Positions 1 through 12,272 of a DNA stretch of 64,000 nt are shown in pieces. Each line of letters opens with the position of its first letter. Within the stretch, counting starts at the first letter, position 1. Made by a program: the position numbers and the translations under genes. Source of the stretch: Eledone cirrhosa (lineage: Eukaryota). The stretch is from the NCBI GenBank assembly GCA_964016885.1, contig OZ024743.1, positions 169,818,001-169,882,000 of the forward strand. The letters are read 5' to 3'. The notes under the pieces are model-generated. The model was given only the letters and a program-made list of their open reading frames with translations, did no database searches and was not told where the DNA came from.

Positions 1-431
1 TATCAACAAAACGATGAGGACACCAAAATACTATGACCCTCGTACAACTACAACACCGGGGATTTAGTAAATCATTTAAGATATAACCAAAAATACACCC
101 CATCCAACTACCCCTACCTCCACCTCCATCTACACCACCCCTTTCTCTGTAAAGTTAAGTTGGTGCCACAACATCCAGTCCTAAATAAATGAGGTCGTGT
201 AGGTGTCACGACAAAAAAACACACAGTCCACACTGTAATGTGGCCGTGTAGGTAACACGGTAACCCCCCCAGTCCACACTGTAAACGTGGTTGGTGTTAG
301 GAAGGGCATCCAGCCGTAGAAAACCCGCCAGACAATCCTATACGAGCAAGACAACCAATCTTGCCTCACATGGGACACTTCCCATCTAAACCCATGCTAG
401 CGTGGAAGATAGACGATGATGATGATGATGA
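1..431 (+). mobile_element. 3' UTR and (GAT)n tail of an RTE-type LINE
   Basis: Reverse complement of the 3' UTR at about 51487-51880. Contains ttggtgttaggaagggcatccagccgtagaaa and ends in (gat)n at about 414-431. Confidence 0.85.
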
Positions 432-1199
432 TATCTTAAATCATCACAACCAAAGGAAATCATTGTCACCATCATCACCACTACCATCATCTCTAACACT
501 GTATACATGTGTTTATATATCAGGAAAAATAAAACAGCGAAGTACAACAAAATTACAAGATCATCAAAGGAAGAATATCGCCATGTTTTACTGGTGATAA
601 ATGCAAGGAATTAGACAGGATCAACATTGATATATATTTATACCTGTTGATAATTACATTTATATTGCACACACACTATGTAAAATCTGCCTACGTGAAA
701 ACATACACAAACACGCATTATACATTTGTATATATAAGAAAATCTGTGTATATAAATACATAACTATATTATTAACTATTGAACAATTTTATAGTCGGGC
801 CAATTACTTGCTTGTAAATATGTGTAAAATATACACAAACTTTTGCTGGTTCGCTATCTTACACTGTACACACTGGCACATACACATACATAACATGTTT
901 GCATGCACATCTAAATCTGCCTAAATAATACACTTGCAATAATTTTTTCCCCTGAATTATATATACACGCATACTTTCGCATGGACACGAGAATGTCTAC
1001 ATACAACATATACTCTGGTGTCTTAGCCAAAATTTGGGAGTGAGTGTGTGTGTGTTGGTGTGATATGAAGTCTAAATATACATATAGATTTCTAAGATTT
1101 TCCACTTGAACACTCCCTGTTTTTTTTTCTTTTTAGGTCCCTCTCAATGCCCCTACTCCCCCCTTTTCTTTTGTTTTGTTTCTGTTGCGTTCGGAATTG

Positions 1200-3790
1200 G
1201 TGTAGGTGAGATATGATGCCTCTTTCATATCATCACCCTATCTACTTCCCAATGATTCCAGTTTCTCTCCTCCACCTACCCACCAGTGAGGCAATCACTC
1301 TGGCCGGAGACAACCAGCCTCAACATGGTGCTCCAGTCCCCGGCTCCATGCCACACCCTCCATCCCCACCAGGGGACACCTGTAGCTCATGCACCATCAC
1401 AAATAGGCGGGAGAAAGGCCGGAATTGTTCGGGGTACAGCTGTTTCCACCACCTTTCTTGTGTTGGCCAGGTGTATTGAGCCTCCAGTGTCCTCACTGCA
1501 AGGAGATGCAGCAACTGTCTCTTCCTCTCATCTGCACAGCTGCAACCATCCACTACACCACTAGATGAGACAGCGAGCTTGACTGATGCTCAAGCCTCAT
1601 TGGTCAATATCACTTGGCTCAGGCAGCTCCAGAAGATCCCGCTCAAGATCCTGAAAGCAGCCTGAGAGGGCCCTGGGCTCTAATCGAGCCAGCGATTGGG
1701 AGCACCCCCTCTATTTTGCCCTCAGCCTCTCCAACTCTGGTGTTGACTGAGGCAGCCTGTTGACAGCAGTTTTCATCAAGGCAAATGCGTATCCCAAGTG
1801 TGCTCAAGGATGCCACATCCGCTGCTCTCAGGTGCCCTCAATCCTCCACCTCAAAGTGTTGCTATCCCTCCTATCAGCTGAACCTGGGTGCCACCTCCTG
1901 AGTGCGATTGTGGCACTCATCAACAAGTTAATCTACGGTGCCCTGGATCCTTATGCCCGAGCTCAGCTTGACCGCTCTCAGGAAGAAAGAGAGTGGCATA
2001 TGCCCCATCACGGTAGGCAATGTCTTCCAGTAGCTGGCTGCTAAGGTGGTCTGCAGGTCCTTCACACCCGAACTGGGTGAAGAGCACATCCCAGTGCAAC
2101 TGGAGGTCAGCATGTCTGGTGGGTGTGAGGGGGCCGTACTTGCAGCTAGGCAGTTCTTCAACAACTGTCTACTGGAACTGGCACCTCATTGTCGAGCTTG
2201 ACATGAGGAATGCCTTTAACTGCCTATGCCATGACCATCTGCTCGAGGCCTATCTCAGCTAAGCCCCCTCTGCCTACTCGCTAACCGACCTGTCATATGG
2301 AGTCCCGAGCATGCTCCTTGCTGCTGATACGGTCATACCTTCATACACTGGATTTCAACAGGGTGACCCTTTGGGCACCCTCCTTTTTGCTCTTAGGTTA
2401 AAACATTACTTCGAACATCACGCCCCTTTCAATGTTTGGTACCTGGATAATACCATATTGGGCCAGCCCGTGGAGACTGCGATTGGTGGTTCCTGCTCTG
2501 CTAAGAATTGGCCTCAAGGTCAACTCGGATGTGCTGCCCCTGAAAGAGTATGTCCTCATCCTCAGGTCGCCGATCCTCCTGCCAGTCATCTGCTTCACCA
2601 TCTGGTCCAGTTTCCAGCAGCTTGCGACATTCTCGAGCAGACTGTGCATGACACCCATCCAGCCCTCTTCCTGTTGAGATACTGCTTCACTATGCCGAAG
2701 CTTCTCTACTCACTTTATAACACTCCTTGCTACAGCCACGCATCTCTCCTCACTGATGTCAATACTTGAATACTTGTATCCATGTGTCAGCTGAGGAGAT
2801 ATGCAATGTCAGGTTTGACAACTTTTGCTAGCAACAAGCCACCTTACCTGTTAGAAATGATGGACTTGCTCTCCAGTCTCATTGGCTTTGCCGGCGTTTC
2901 TTTCGTTTGTAACCTCTTGCTGTGTCCTCATCAACAGGCTTCTCTACAACACAACGGAACCCACCGCCTGCAAGACTTGGAACCAGCATGGACTCTAGCC
3001 CTCCTCTTCTTCCTCCTGTAGACATCAAATCTCCCCAAAGAATATGGGTGCCATCCAGTGCAACCAGGCCTCGGACAAGCTAGCATGCCAGCTCGACCAG
3101 CACCACTTTGCATGTTTTCGCTCTTCCTCACAACCCCACAGCAATGCCTTACCCCCCTTTTCAACAGGCATGCAGCTGGATAATGATACCCTGCAAATTT
3201 GGGGTTTCCCTGAGGCTCAGCCTCCGGATCTGCAAGCCACACAAATGTCGCTGCGGATCCACCATAGTCTCTTTTGGCCTCCACCCACTGTCTTGTCGTT
3301 ACAGTGCTAGCTGCCTTCCTTGCCATGCTGCTCTCAACGAGGCCATAAAACTTAGCTTGGATGCTACAGGATTCCTCTCCCAGCTTGAGCCAGTGAGGCT
3401 GGACTGAGGGGTCGGCAAAGGGGCAGACGGCATGATATCTTCTTGTTCCGCAGTGGTAAACCCTCATCTAGGATGCCACATGCTGCTACACTTTCTCCAG
3501 TGACAACGTAGTGCAGTTTGTGACTAACCCAGGCTCTACTGCACTTCAGGCCGAGGATGGCAAACTCTCCAAATATTGGTCGCTCTCCGCAGGTTTACGG
3601 TTGTGCATGTAGCAGTGTAGACTTCTGGTGTCCTTGGCCCTAGGACCACTTCCCTACTCACCACCATCGGCACAGAGTTGTGTACCCGTAGATGTGAGTC
3701 TCACAGGCTGAAATGGTTCTTCCAGTGTGTCTTCCTCTCCATCCTCCGGGGAGATGCCATTTCTATTCTCTTTGCCAGGGCTGTGGGACA
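1200..3790 (+). pseudogene. Decayed CRE-clade non-LTR retrotransposon (RT, CCHC knuckle, restriction-like endonuclease)
   Basis: Fragmented ORFs give LDMRNAFN, GFQQGDPLGTLLF, WYLDN (YLDD-like) and HKCRCG..GLHPLSC..HAALN..LEP. These are followed by a decayed RPDG/WDAT-like segment and the C-terminal WFFQCVFLSILRGDAISIL. Many stops and frameshifts. Confidence 0.8.
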
Positions 3791-4374
3791 GCCAGCGCAT
3801 GGGCCCCCATTTGTTTATAATAGTGAGAGAGTGGGAGAGACGGAGCTAGTGACAGTGGGAGTTTGGTTTTATTGTGTTTGGACCTGGTGTATATGTATAT
3901 ATTCAAATCCTCCTTGTCATATAACCACCAATAACACAAATTCTGCAAGCCATGGCTACAGTTAAACGAAATGTAGACACCTCAAAAAATAGTATTTGTA
4001 TGTCTGTGTTTGATCTAATTCTCTTATCTCAGTTTCTTTATCCAGCATGATATTAGTGTTTTTCATTAGTTTTTCTCTCTTCAGAGTTGCCTTGGCACAT
4101 TTTTATAGTAAAAATTCCATGTCTATTTCTTTTGTAAATCCATGTACTGTATGTAGCAGTGTTTTGAGTTATCTTTCGTTTGCAGCATACGGTTTTAGAT
4201 CATCCATATATAGGAGATGACTACTTTTCCTGTTATAGCATTTATACTATAGTCCAGTTTGGTTTTAGAGTCTCAGTTAAGGGTGTTAGTGATAAGTAGA
4301 AGAGCAGTGGTGATAGGGAGTCCCCTTGAAATATCACTCTGTTGATATTTCATAGCTTTTATAGTTTCACCTTT

Positions 4375-4560
4375 CGTTTCCAGAAGTAGACGCCGAGCAA
4401 AATGGTTGAATAAAAACCATGAGCTTGGCTGGTCTTGCTTGGGAATCCAGCCAGATCAGTTGGGGATAGTTGCTTCTGACAGAACCCACTGGAAGGAGTG
4501 TTTGAAGACTCTTCCTCCACGACCCTCTCAGGAAGAAGAAGAAGGAGGAGGAGGTGGCAG
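4375..4560 (+). mobile_element. Short 3' fragment of a Rex3/Expander-like RTE element nested in the R4/Dong relic
   Basis: Similar to 5660-5795 (ggctggtct..ccagatcagttg..ctgacagaac.cactggaaggagtgtttga..gaccct.tcaggaa) and ends in (gaa)n. Confidence 0.55.
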
Positions 4561-5429
4561 TGGCCATACTAAGTAATTTTTTTTTTTTGTTGCAGTTTTC
4601 TGTTATGGCTTTATTCATCCATATGAGCCTTTGCAGCATCCTTTCTGTTCTTCTGGAAGTAGGTTGTATTTTTCCAGGTGTGTAGTTAGTTTCTGCGATA
4701 CTATTGCAGTTATGTATTATAGGCAGGCATGTTATGGATTTAATTTTTGGGGTTTGGTGTGTCATTGGGGATCAAGATGTTTTTTTTTCCTTTTGTAAGC
4801 CAGTAAGGTGTTTTTTCTGGCTCTGTCAATATCTCATTAAAGCCCCTTGCAAGGGCTCCATGTGTCCCTGTTAAATATTTTAACCAAACATTGAGGATTT
4901 TGTCATGTCCAGGTCACTTCCAATTGCCTGTTTTTTTTATTGTGCTAGGCACATCATCTTCCCACGACTGTTCAGGTGTTGTGTCCATTGTTGTTGCTAG
5001 TACTACTGTACATCGTAATTTCTCTTCTCATTCTGCCCAAAATCTTCTACAGAACAGAACTCTTTCACTTTTTTTTACTTTCAGTGCTACATTAACTTCT
5101 ATTTTGCTCCAATTGAGTTCCTGGTAGAGTAATTTTGGGTTGGAGTGAAATAGCTGGTTTTGTTCAAAAAACTTTTGCCACTTTTCATACCTCTGAATTC
5201 TTTGTCCCTTTGCAAATATTTGTTGTTTTAGGCATTCTTTAATCTCCTTTTCTGTTTTTCTTTCCTATTCCCAGTTTTGTTTTGTTTTTTCCTATTTAAT
5301 TTTCTTTTTTTTTCTATTTTTTTTTGTATGTTTGTTTTCCATATTTGTGTGGGTTTCGTCTTTCTTGCTTGTATAGATCTGAGGGAGTACCCACTTTCTT
5401 TCATAACAACAGCGGGTGCTGCGTATGTT

Positions 5430-5795
5430 ATATTATTTAACCTTGTACGATTGCGAATACAAGTGGCCGAGATGGGGTTTCTCCAAGGGACTTTGGATAA
5501 GATTACTCAATAGAGTGTGTAGCTCGGAGATCAGAGTGTCACTTCAGGCAGAGCCACTTCTTCTCTGAATTGAGAGATCACAGCTCCGATACTATGGGTA
5601 TGTAGTTAGAATATCCCAGGAAAGAATCGCTGGACAAATTTTATGAGCAAAACCAACTGGAAGGAGTTCATGAGATTGGCTGGTCTCACTTGAGGATCGA
5701 GCCAGATCAGTTGCTTCTGACAGAACTCACTGGAAGGAGTGTTTGAGGAGTCTTCCCCCGACCCTTTCAGGAATAAGTGGGCAAAGAAGAAGAAC
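5430..5795 (+). mobile_element. 3' fragment of a Rex3/Expander-like RTE LINE
   Basis: Encodes RLRIQVAEMGFL followed by decayed EPLLL.IERSQLR-like sequence, typical of an RTE C-terminus. Ends in (gaa)n. Confidence 0.65.
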
Positions 5796-7348
5796 CTCAT
5801 GGTGATAATATATTTTATTCATGTTTATTAAGTCTATGATGGCTAGATTAGCGTTTTTTTATCATTTATGTTTTATTATTAATTTTTATCTTTGGTGTAT
5901 TCTTGGGTCCATAGTGTGATCTATTGTTTGGAGTTCTTGTATTATTTCTAGCTTTATCCTATCGTGGTCTTGACTTTCGTCTTTAGTTTCTCCTCATTTC
6001 TTTTCATTTGTATTTTTGGTTGTGTTGTCCTGAATCTGTTTTTGTTGGTCACTACTCTGTACATCTTTTGATATTGGGATTTGTTGTGTTTTGTTTACTT
6101 TATCTGTTTTGGGTGTGTTGGATTTTTCTTTGTATTTTATATTCTCAATATATTTACGCTTGTTAGTTGTTTTGAGTTCGTTATTTGTGTTTTTGTTGTG
6201 TATTTGTTCTTTTAGGTGCTCTATTGTTATCATTTTCGTTGGGTATCGGTTTTTGTGCTTCTAAATTTGTATATTTTTACACACATCGGTCTTCATACAA
6301 TTTGTTTCTTAAGTTCAAAGAACGAACATCCATACATCTATATGATCTTTTTGTATATATATTTCGCTATTTTTATCATATAAACACATGTAATATAATT
6401 AATAAATTCTATGTTACTTGCATGTATCAATATACCTTTTTTGTTGTTGTTTTTTCTATATGTAGTTTTTATTTTGGTTATAAACTCTCTGCGTTGTGTT
6501 GTGGATGTTTTTTAACTTGTTGCATTTTCGTGTGTGGTTCCAGTGTTAGCAAAGAAATTTATAAATTAGTAGGGTTTGTTGTTGATTCTTGTCTTACATA
6601 GTCTTCTTCATTTTCAAGCTATATTTGCTTTTATTTCATTGATGGTGTCCAATTTATGTCCATCTTGTGAGGGCTTTGTTGTAGGCATCCATGATATTGT
6701 TCAGCCTTATATAACTATGTATAACTTCCAGAAATCCTTGGCTTGGCAGAGCTACCAAGGAGCTTTACCTGTTTGAGATAAACTCTACAGGCATGTAAGT
6801 GTCATCAGCCAGGCCTTCCGAGATGCATGGAGGGTGACAAAATTGTCCTGCATGTATTCATTGAGTGTCCGAGTATTGCTGACCTGTAGGTTTATGTCAA
6901 GCACCTGCTGACATATAGATTGGATGAGAACAACTGAGAGGGGGCACTTTGCCCTAGCAGACAGGTTGACCATGGCTTTTTGTGGGCTTTCTCCTCAATT
7001 GACCCTTTGTTTTTTTTTAATGTTTATTTTTTTTAGTCTTTGTTATAAATTTTATTTGACACAAAAACCACCTGTACCATCTTTAATGTTTCCTTAATGT
7101 GAGCCCTGTGTGACTAATGAAGAATCATTAATGTGGTTGTTGTTGTTGTTATTGTTGTTGTTATAGGGATTCTTTGCCCCAGCTTGTACCATTTAGTTAG
7201 CAAATTTGAAATTAATCTGTTTGAGGTTTAATTTCAATGAAGTTTATCTGCTTGGAGTGAGGTGGGTGTGGTGTTACAGAGCTATAAGTTGAAAAATTTG
7301 TAAATATTTTTAAAAAAATCAAATACATTGTCGTAATTAACATCTCAC

Positions 7349-7353
7349 CTCTC

Positions 7354-7429
<76 letters not shown>
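7349..7429. repeat. (CT)n microsatellite
   Basis: Visible dinucleotide run. Confidence 0.95.
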
Positions 7430-7432
<3 letters not shown>

Positions 7433-7434
7433 CA

Positions 7435-7570
7435 CACAGAGCTGTTTTATTTGTATGAAATCATCAGAGATATTCCTGATAATTTCATACAAATGAAATG
7501 GCTCTTGTTCTGTAGAAGTCATCTCTCTATTTATAATGAGGCTTATACTCTACCAATGTATTGAGTACCC
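7435..7570. mobile_element. Fold-back PLE-pLTR-like relic with hammerhead-like cores (family A)
   Basis: Minus-strand CTGATGA at 7461-7467 and plus-strand ctgataa..gaaa at 7476-7498. Homologous to 21260-21350 and 39100-39270. Confidence 0.55.
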
Positions 7571-7683
7571 TTTTCCCCGACTTGAGCACTTGTTGCATAG
7601 GTGGGTTCATTTTAGTATAGTATGTGGTGTTGTACACTTGGTGTTATACTATGGTAAGTCTCTTTTACAAGCAGAGTGTTAAC

Positions 7684-7870
7684 AATAATAATTGTTTCTA
7701 TTTTTGGCACAAGGCCAGAAATTATCCCAGTGTATTACTGGTACTTTATTTTATTGACCACGTAAGGATGAAAGGCAAAGTTAACCTCAGCGGGATTTGA
7801 ACTCAGATCATAAAGGGCTGTAACTCTTTGCTGCAAAGCATGGCGTCCGACCCTCTAGTGATACTGCCAA
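7684..7870 (-). mobile_element. tRNA-derived SINE with a Meta-domain-like core
   Basis: Reverse copy of the family with A box TGGCAGTATCGG, B box GAGTTCAAATCCC and core ctttgcctttcatcctt..ggggtcgataaaataaagtaccag. Confidence 0.85.
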
Positions 7871-8078
7871 AATAATGAATAGGAACAAGGTGCCAAAGTT
7901 ATTTCATTAAGTGTAACGTGATCAGGTATAACAGGTGTTTCGTGATTGATAAGCTCAAGATACAAGTCTGATAAGTAATTGATTCCAGAGTCGGGTGCGA
8001 AATGTGCATTACACCTGAAAAAACTTAATGATGATACTTTGACAATTTGTTCCTAATCATTATTATTATTATATGTAT

Positions 8079-8111
<33 letters not shown>

Positions 8112-8400
8112 ATAATGTTGAACAATGAAAAAATTAGGACAAGATGCAGTGGTTGATTAATCCATAGTTTTAGAATTTTATTAAATAGATACAAACAGTA
8201 CAAGTTGAAGGCTTTGGCAATAGCTAGTTAAAGAGGAAAAAAGATAAAGAATGAAAAATAAAAGTAAAAAAGAATAAATAAATAAATAGAGTTCTAAAGT
8301 GGTTATGAGTCCTGCCTTGATTAGGCAGGACATTGTGTATATATGTGTGTGTGTATATATATATGAATATTTGTTGTGACTACATATTATTATTTAAGTA

Positions 8401-8590
8401 GGGCACTGGTGGATTGGCAGTATCGGTGGAGTGTCGGACGCCATGCTTTCTAGCATAGTTACGTCCCTTTACGATCTGAGTTCAAATCCCGCCGAAGTTG
8501 ACTTTGCCTTTCATCCTTACGGGGTCGATAAAATAAAGTACCAGTAATGTACTGGGTAATTGCTGGCCTTGTGCCTAAAGTAGAAACAAT
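8401..8590 (+). mobile_element. tRNA-derived SINE (Meta-like core)
   Basis: A box, B box and core all present. Flanked by tatttaagta on both sides. Confidence 0.9.
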
Positions 8591-8600
8591 TATTTAAGTA

Positions 8601-8776
8601 GGGCACTGGCTTGGCATCGGTAGAGTGTCAGACACCATGCTTTGCAGCAGTTATGGCCCTTTGCGTTAAGAGTTCAAAACCGCCGAGGTTAACTTTGCCT
8701 TTCATCCTTACAGGGTCGATAAAATAAAGCACCAGTAATGCACTAGGCTAATTGCTTGTACCAAAAGTAGAAACAT
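8601..8776 (+). mobile_element. tRNA-derived SINE (Meta-like core), second copy in tandem
   Basis: Same family as 8401-8590, followed by a third tatttaagta at 8777-8786. Confidence 0.85.
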
Positions 8777-8915
8777 TATTTAAGTAGTTGGATGCCATTT
8801 AATTTGATTAAAATAATCAAATATTAGCGATCTACATTCAATGAAACATATGTAAGTGTTACGCAATAAATGTTACTCCCACTCTTTTGGATTGTAATGT
8901 TTTAAATAATAATTT

Positions 8916-8977
<62 letters not shown>

Positions 8978-9124
8978 AAATTGTAGTTTACTTGAAACAT
9001 TGCGTAGTGAGGTATAAACGTTTGGAGTTAGAAGGCCAGAACAATGCAGGTATGGATATAGAATATAAATACAAATGCAAAAGATATTGCTGACAATTAG
9101 TCTTTACCTTAAATTTATTTGAAT

Positions 9125-9165
9125 ATCTTTAAGTTTCGAGATAATATCTCTTCTTCAGAGGGTTA
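9125..9165 (-). ncRNA. Hammerhead-like ribozyme core in the PLE pLTR (family D)
   Basis: Minus strand reads CTGAAGA-a-GAGAT-att-ATCTC-GAAAC. The sense copy at 11944-11968 has GAAA changed to GACA. Stems I and III are not clearly resolved. Confidence 0.6.
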
Positions 9166-9654
9166 ATCCAGTGTTCTAATTAGCTTGCCAAGTCATGCTG
9201 ACAGGAAATAGTAGAGAAATTCTATTCTATTTCTAATGTCAAAGAGTGAAGGTTAGGTGGATAAAGGGTTGTCTCCCTTTAAAAGGGTTTGGACATGTGA
9301 TGTCTAAGTGTGTGTGGGAGAATACGTGTAGGTGTAAGCATGCGTGTGTGTGTGCATGTGTGTGAGTGTGAGAGGATATGTTTATATGTAAATGTGGGGG
9401 CTAGATGCTCTATCATGTTAAAACTGGTCTATGTGTGTGTATGTGTGTGTGTGTGAGAGAATAAGTGAAGGTGTAAGCGTGTGTGCATGTGTGTGCGTGT
9501 GTGTGTGTGTGTGAGAGGATACGTGGAGGTGTAAGTGCGGGGCTAGGTGCTCTATCATGTTAAAAATTGGGTGTTGAGTTCTAGTCTGTTATTGATTGGT
9601 GGTTGTGTTTTGTCTATAATTAGTGCTTCCTTAATTCTAAGATTGCCGACAAAT

Positions 9655-11530
9655 TATGGCTCGCAATAGAAACAAATTTCTGTTGGGCCACCTACCAACT
9701 AAAATGGATATCGACTCTCAGCAACAACACCACAGAATCTAACACAACCGGATTCCCGATATCAACTGGACCGCCCACTCTGTCCACTGCCTGCCAACCG
9801 CGAGCTGGAAGAAAAACTCTCGAGGTTGAAACATTCCATATTTAACATCTTCCGGAAACAGAAGAAGATAGCCCCAAACCTCTCCAGGATGCAACAACTC
9901 GCCCTAAAGAACCTGGGGAATAGGGAACTCATATACTTACCATCCGACAAAGGTAAAGAGTTTTGTGTCATCTCTCAAGCCACATACAACAACCTAACCT
10001 TTGAACACTTAAGCGACAACAAACTGTATACAGAGATCCCAGACATGACTGCAGCCCAGATCGAAAAACAGGCCAACTTCATCTGGTTCGACATCTGTAG
10101 TAGAAGAAAACTCCCAAGAAAATTTAAGTCCAACCACACCACTAGAAATAGCAGACTGCCCAATTTCTATCACCTCATCAAGACCCACAAGAATACTACT
10201 AAGACACAAATAAGACCCATCATCTCTAGCATAGAAGGACCCCTATACAAAATCTCCTGGCTCCTCTCCCAGGTCCTCAAGCCTCTACTCTCCACCTTTC
10301 CCGAGCATGTCAGTAGCTTTGACGAGGTCATATGTAGACTACACCAACTCCAGCCAGCCAGAATAACTTAAACTCAATAAATACACCTTTAGCCTCGACG
10401 TTGTCTCCCTCTACACTACAGTCCCCGCTCATCCAGCTGTCAATTTATTGACGGACTGCGGGGTCGCCGAACACATCCACTGCTACGACATCCATCTGAC
10501 GGACATACACCAGCTTTTGACCTTCACAGTGGACAACACTTACTTCACCTTCCACCACCACACATACAGACAGACAGCAGGATTACCCATGGGATCCAGC
10601 CTATCGGGCCTGCTGGCCATCACTTATATGAACCAGCTGGAATGCCGAGCCATTCCTATACCTTCTTCACCCGATATGTAGATGACATACTCATCCTTAC
10701 ATCATCCCGTGAAGAAGCGGATAAAATATACATGACATTCTCCAGCATGGACGGCAATATAAAGTTCAGCATGGAACACCCCGATGACCACGGATCCCTA
10801 TCCCTATTGGACTTCCAACTCAGGGTAACAGAGGAAGGTGACATCCACACCTTCTATAAAAAATCCGCCAGCAGGGACCTGTTCATACATTTCAGATCAG
10901 CCCTCCCAGTCAGCGCTAAGTTCGGATCCATAAGGAACGAACTAACATGTATCCGGAACAAATGCACCGACGCAAGAGACCGAGACACACACACCAAACA
11001 TTTCCTGGAAGTACTTAAACAGAACGGTGCTAGAAACAACAGAGGACACCACACCCGAGGCACTAACACCTGCTTCCTGAAGCTCCCACACTTCAGTGAC
11101 AAAACAACAACAGCCATCCGCAGAGCTATCAGACGAGAGGGACTAGACATCCAGCTAGCCCACTCAGGACCTTCTCTATGCGGACAGCTAACCAAAGGAC
11201 ACTCCACCAGACATGACAGCCATTGCACGCTGGCCAACTGCCCCATCGACGACACAGACCTATTCCACCAGGCTTACGTCGTATACAGATTAGAGTGCGA
11301 CAAATGCAGCAATTTCTACATAGGTAGCACCACCAGACCACTTCACATTAGAATAAAAGAACACCTGAACACTAATGCTTCCTCATTTGAGAAACACCTA
11401 GTGAAATGTAAAACACCAACAAAAACATAATAGTTAGGATAGAAACTAAGGAAAGAAAACTCAGCAGTCTTAGAATTAAAAAAAAGCACTGATTATAGAC
11501 AAAACACAACCACCAATCAATAACAGACTA
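9655..11530 (+). pseudogene. PLE ORF (RT + GIY-YIG endonuclease), frameshifted and 5'-truncated
   Basis: Motifs PSDKGK, FYHLIKTHK..IRPIIS, SLDVVSLYT (about 10390), GLPMGSSLS, RYVDD, LSLLD and VVYRLECDKCSNFYIGSTTRPLHIRIKEH across ORFs 9826-10371, 10448-10681 and 10642-11430. Confidence 0.9.
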
Positions 11531-12082
11531 GAACTCAACACCCAATTTTTAACATGATAGAACACCTAGCCCCACACTTACACCTCCACGTATCCTCTCA
11601 CACACACACGCACACACACACGCACACTTACACCTTCACTTATTCTCTCACACACACACATACACACACATAGACCAGTTTTAACATGATAGAGCATCTA
11701 GCCCCCATATTTACATATAAACATATCCTCTCACACTCACACACACATGCATACTTACACCTTCACGTATTCTCCCACACACACTTAGACATACATGTCC
11801 AAACCCTTTTAAAGGGAGACAACCCTTTATCCACCTAACCTTCACTCTTTGACATTAGAAATAGAATGGAATTTCTCTACTATTTCCTGTCAGCATGACT
11901 TGGCAAGCTAATTAGAACACTGGATTAACCCCTTTACTTCCCTCTGAAGAAGAGATATTATCTTGACACTTAAGGATATTCAAATAAATTTAAGGTAAAA
12001 GACTAATTGTCAGCGATATATTTTGCATTTGTATTTGTATTCTATATCCATACCTGCATTGTCTGGCCTTCTAACTCCAAAC

Positions 12083-12108
<26 letters not shown>

Positions 12109-12117
<9 letters not shown>

Positions 12118-12192
12118 TATAAGTATTAATAAAATAGATGTTCTTTTGATCAATTACATTTTATTATACATATTTCGGATGTACAGCAGTAC
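12109..12192 (-). repeat. Left inverted arm of the hammerhead-bearing pLTR-like repeat (family C), followed by T22
   Basis: Reverse complement of 22176-22259 with one mismatch. Poly-T at 12193-12214. Confidence 0.9.
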
Positions 12193-12272
12193 TTTTTTTT
12201 TTTTTTTTTTTTTTCTTACTCACACATTCTGCATGAATTTATTACGTTTTCACACTCTCACACAGATATTAT

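Larger units (their letters stand above)
3960..6800 (-). pseudogene. Decayed R4/Dong-clade non-LTR retrotransposon
   Basis: Manual minus-strand translation gives NWK*PGHDKILNVWLK (about 4880-4930), SITCLPII (about 4715-4740), VIFQGDSLSPLLF (about 4300-4340) and SHLLYMDDLK (about 4195-4225). A K/N-rich N-terminal region lies upstream. Boundaries are approximate. Confidence 0.75.
8974..12087 (+). mobile_element. Penelope-like element (RT + GIY-YIG) with an inverted 5' pseudo-LTR, inserted in (TA)n
   Basis: About 9015-9645 is the reverse complement of about 11467-12087. (TA)n tracts lie on both sides (8918-8973 and 12087-12111). Confidence 0.9.

Noticed and set aside
7212-7522. Low-complexity ORFs such as RERERE, YIYIYI and CVCV (also 8887, 32750-33195, 36643-37358, 55847, 60871-61230)
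   Set aside because: They are translations of microsatellites.
8401-8500. Genuine tRNA genes at the SINE heads (also at 25837)
   Set aside because: A and B boxes are present, but the sequences continue into SINE cores, are multi-copy and diverged, and show no clear cloverleaf.
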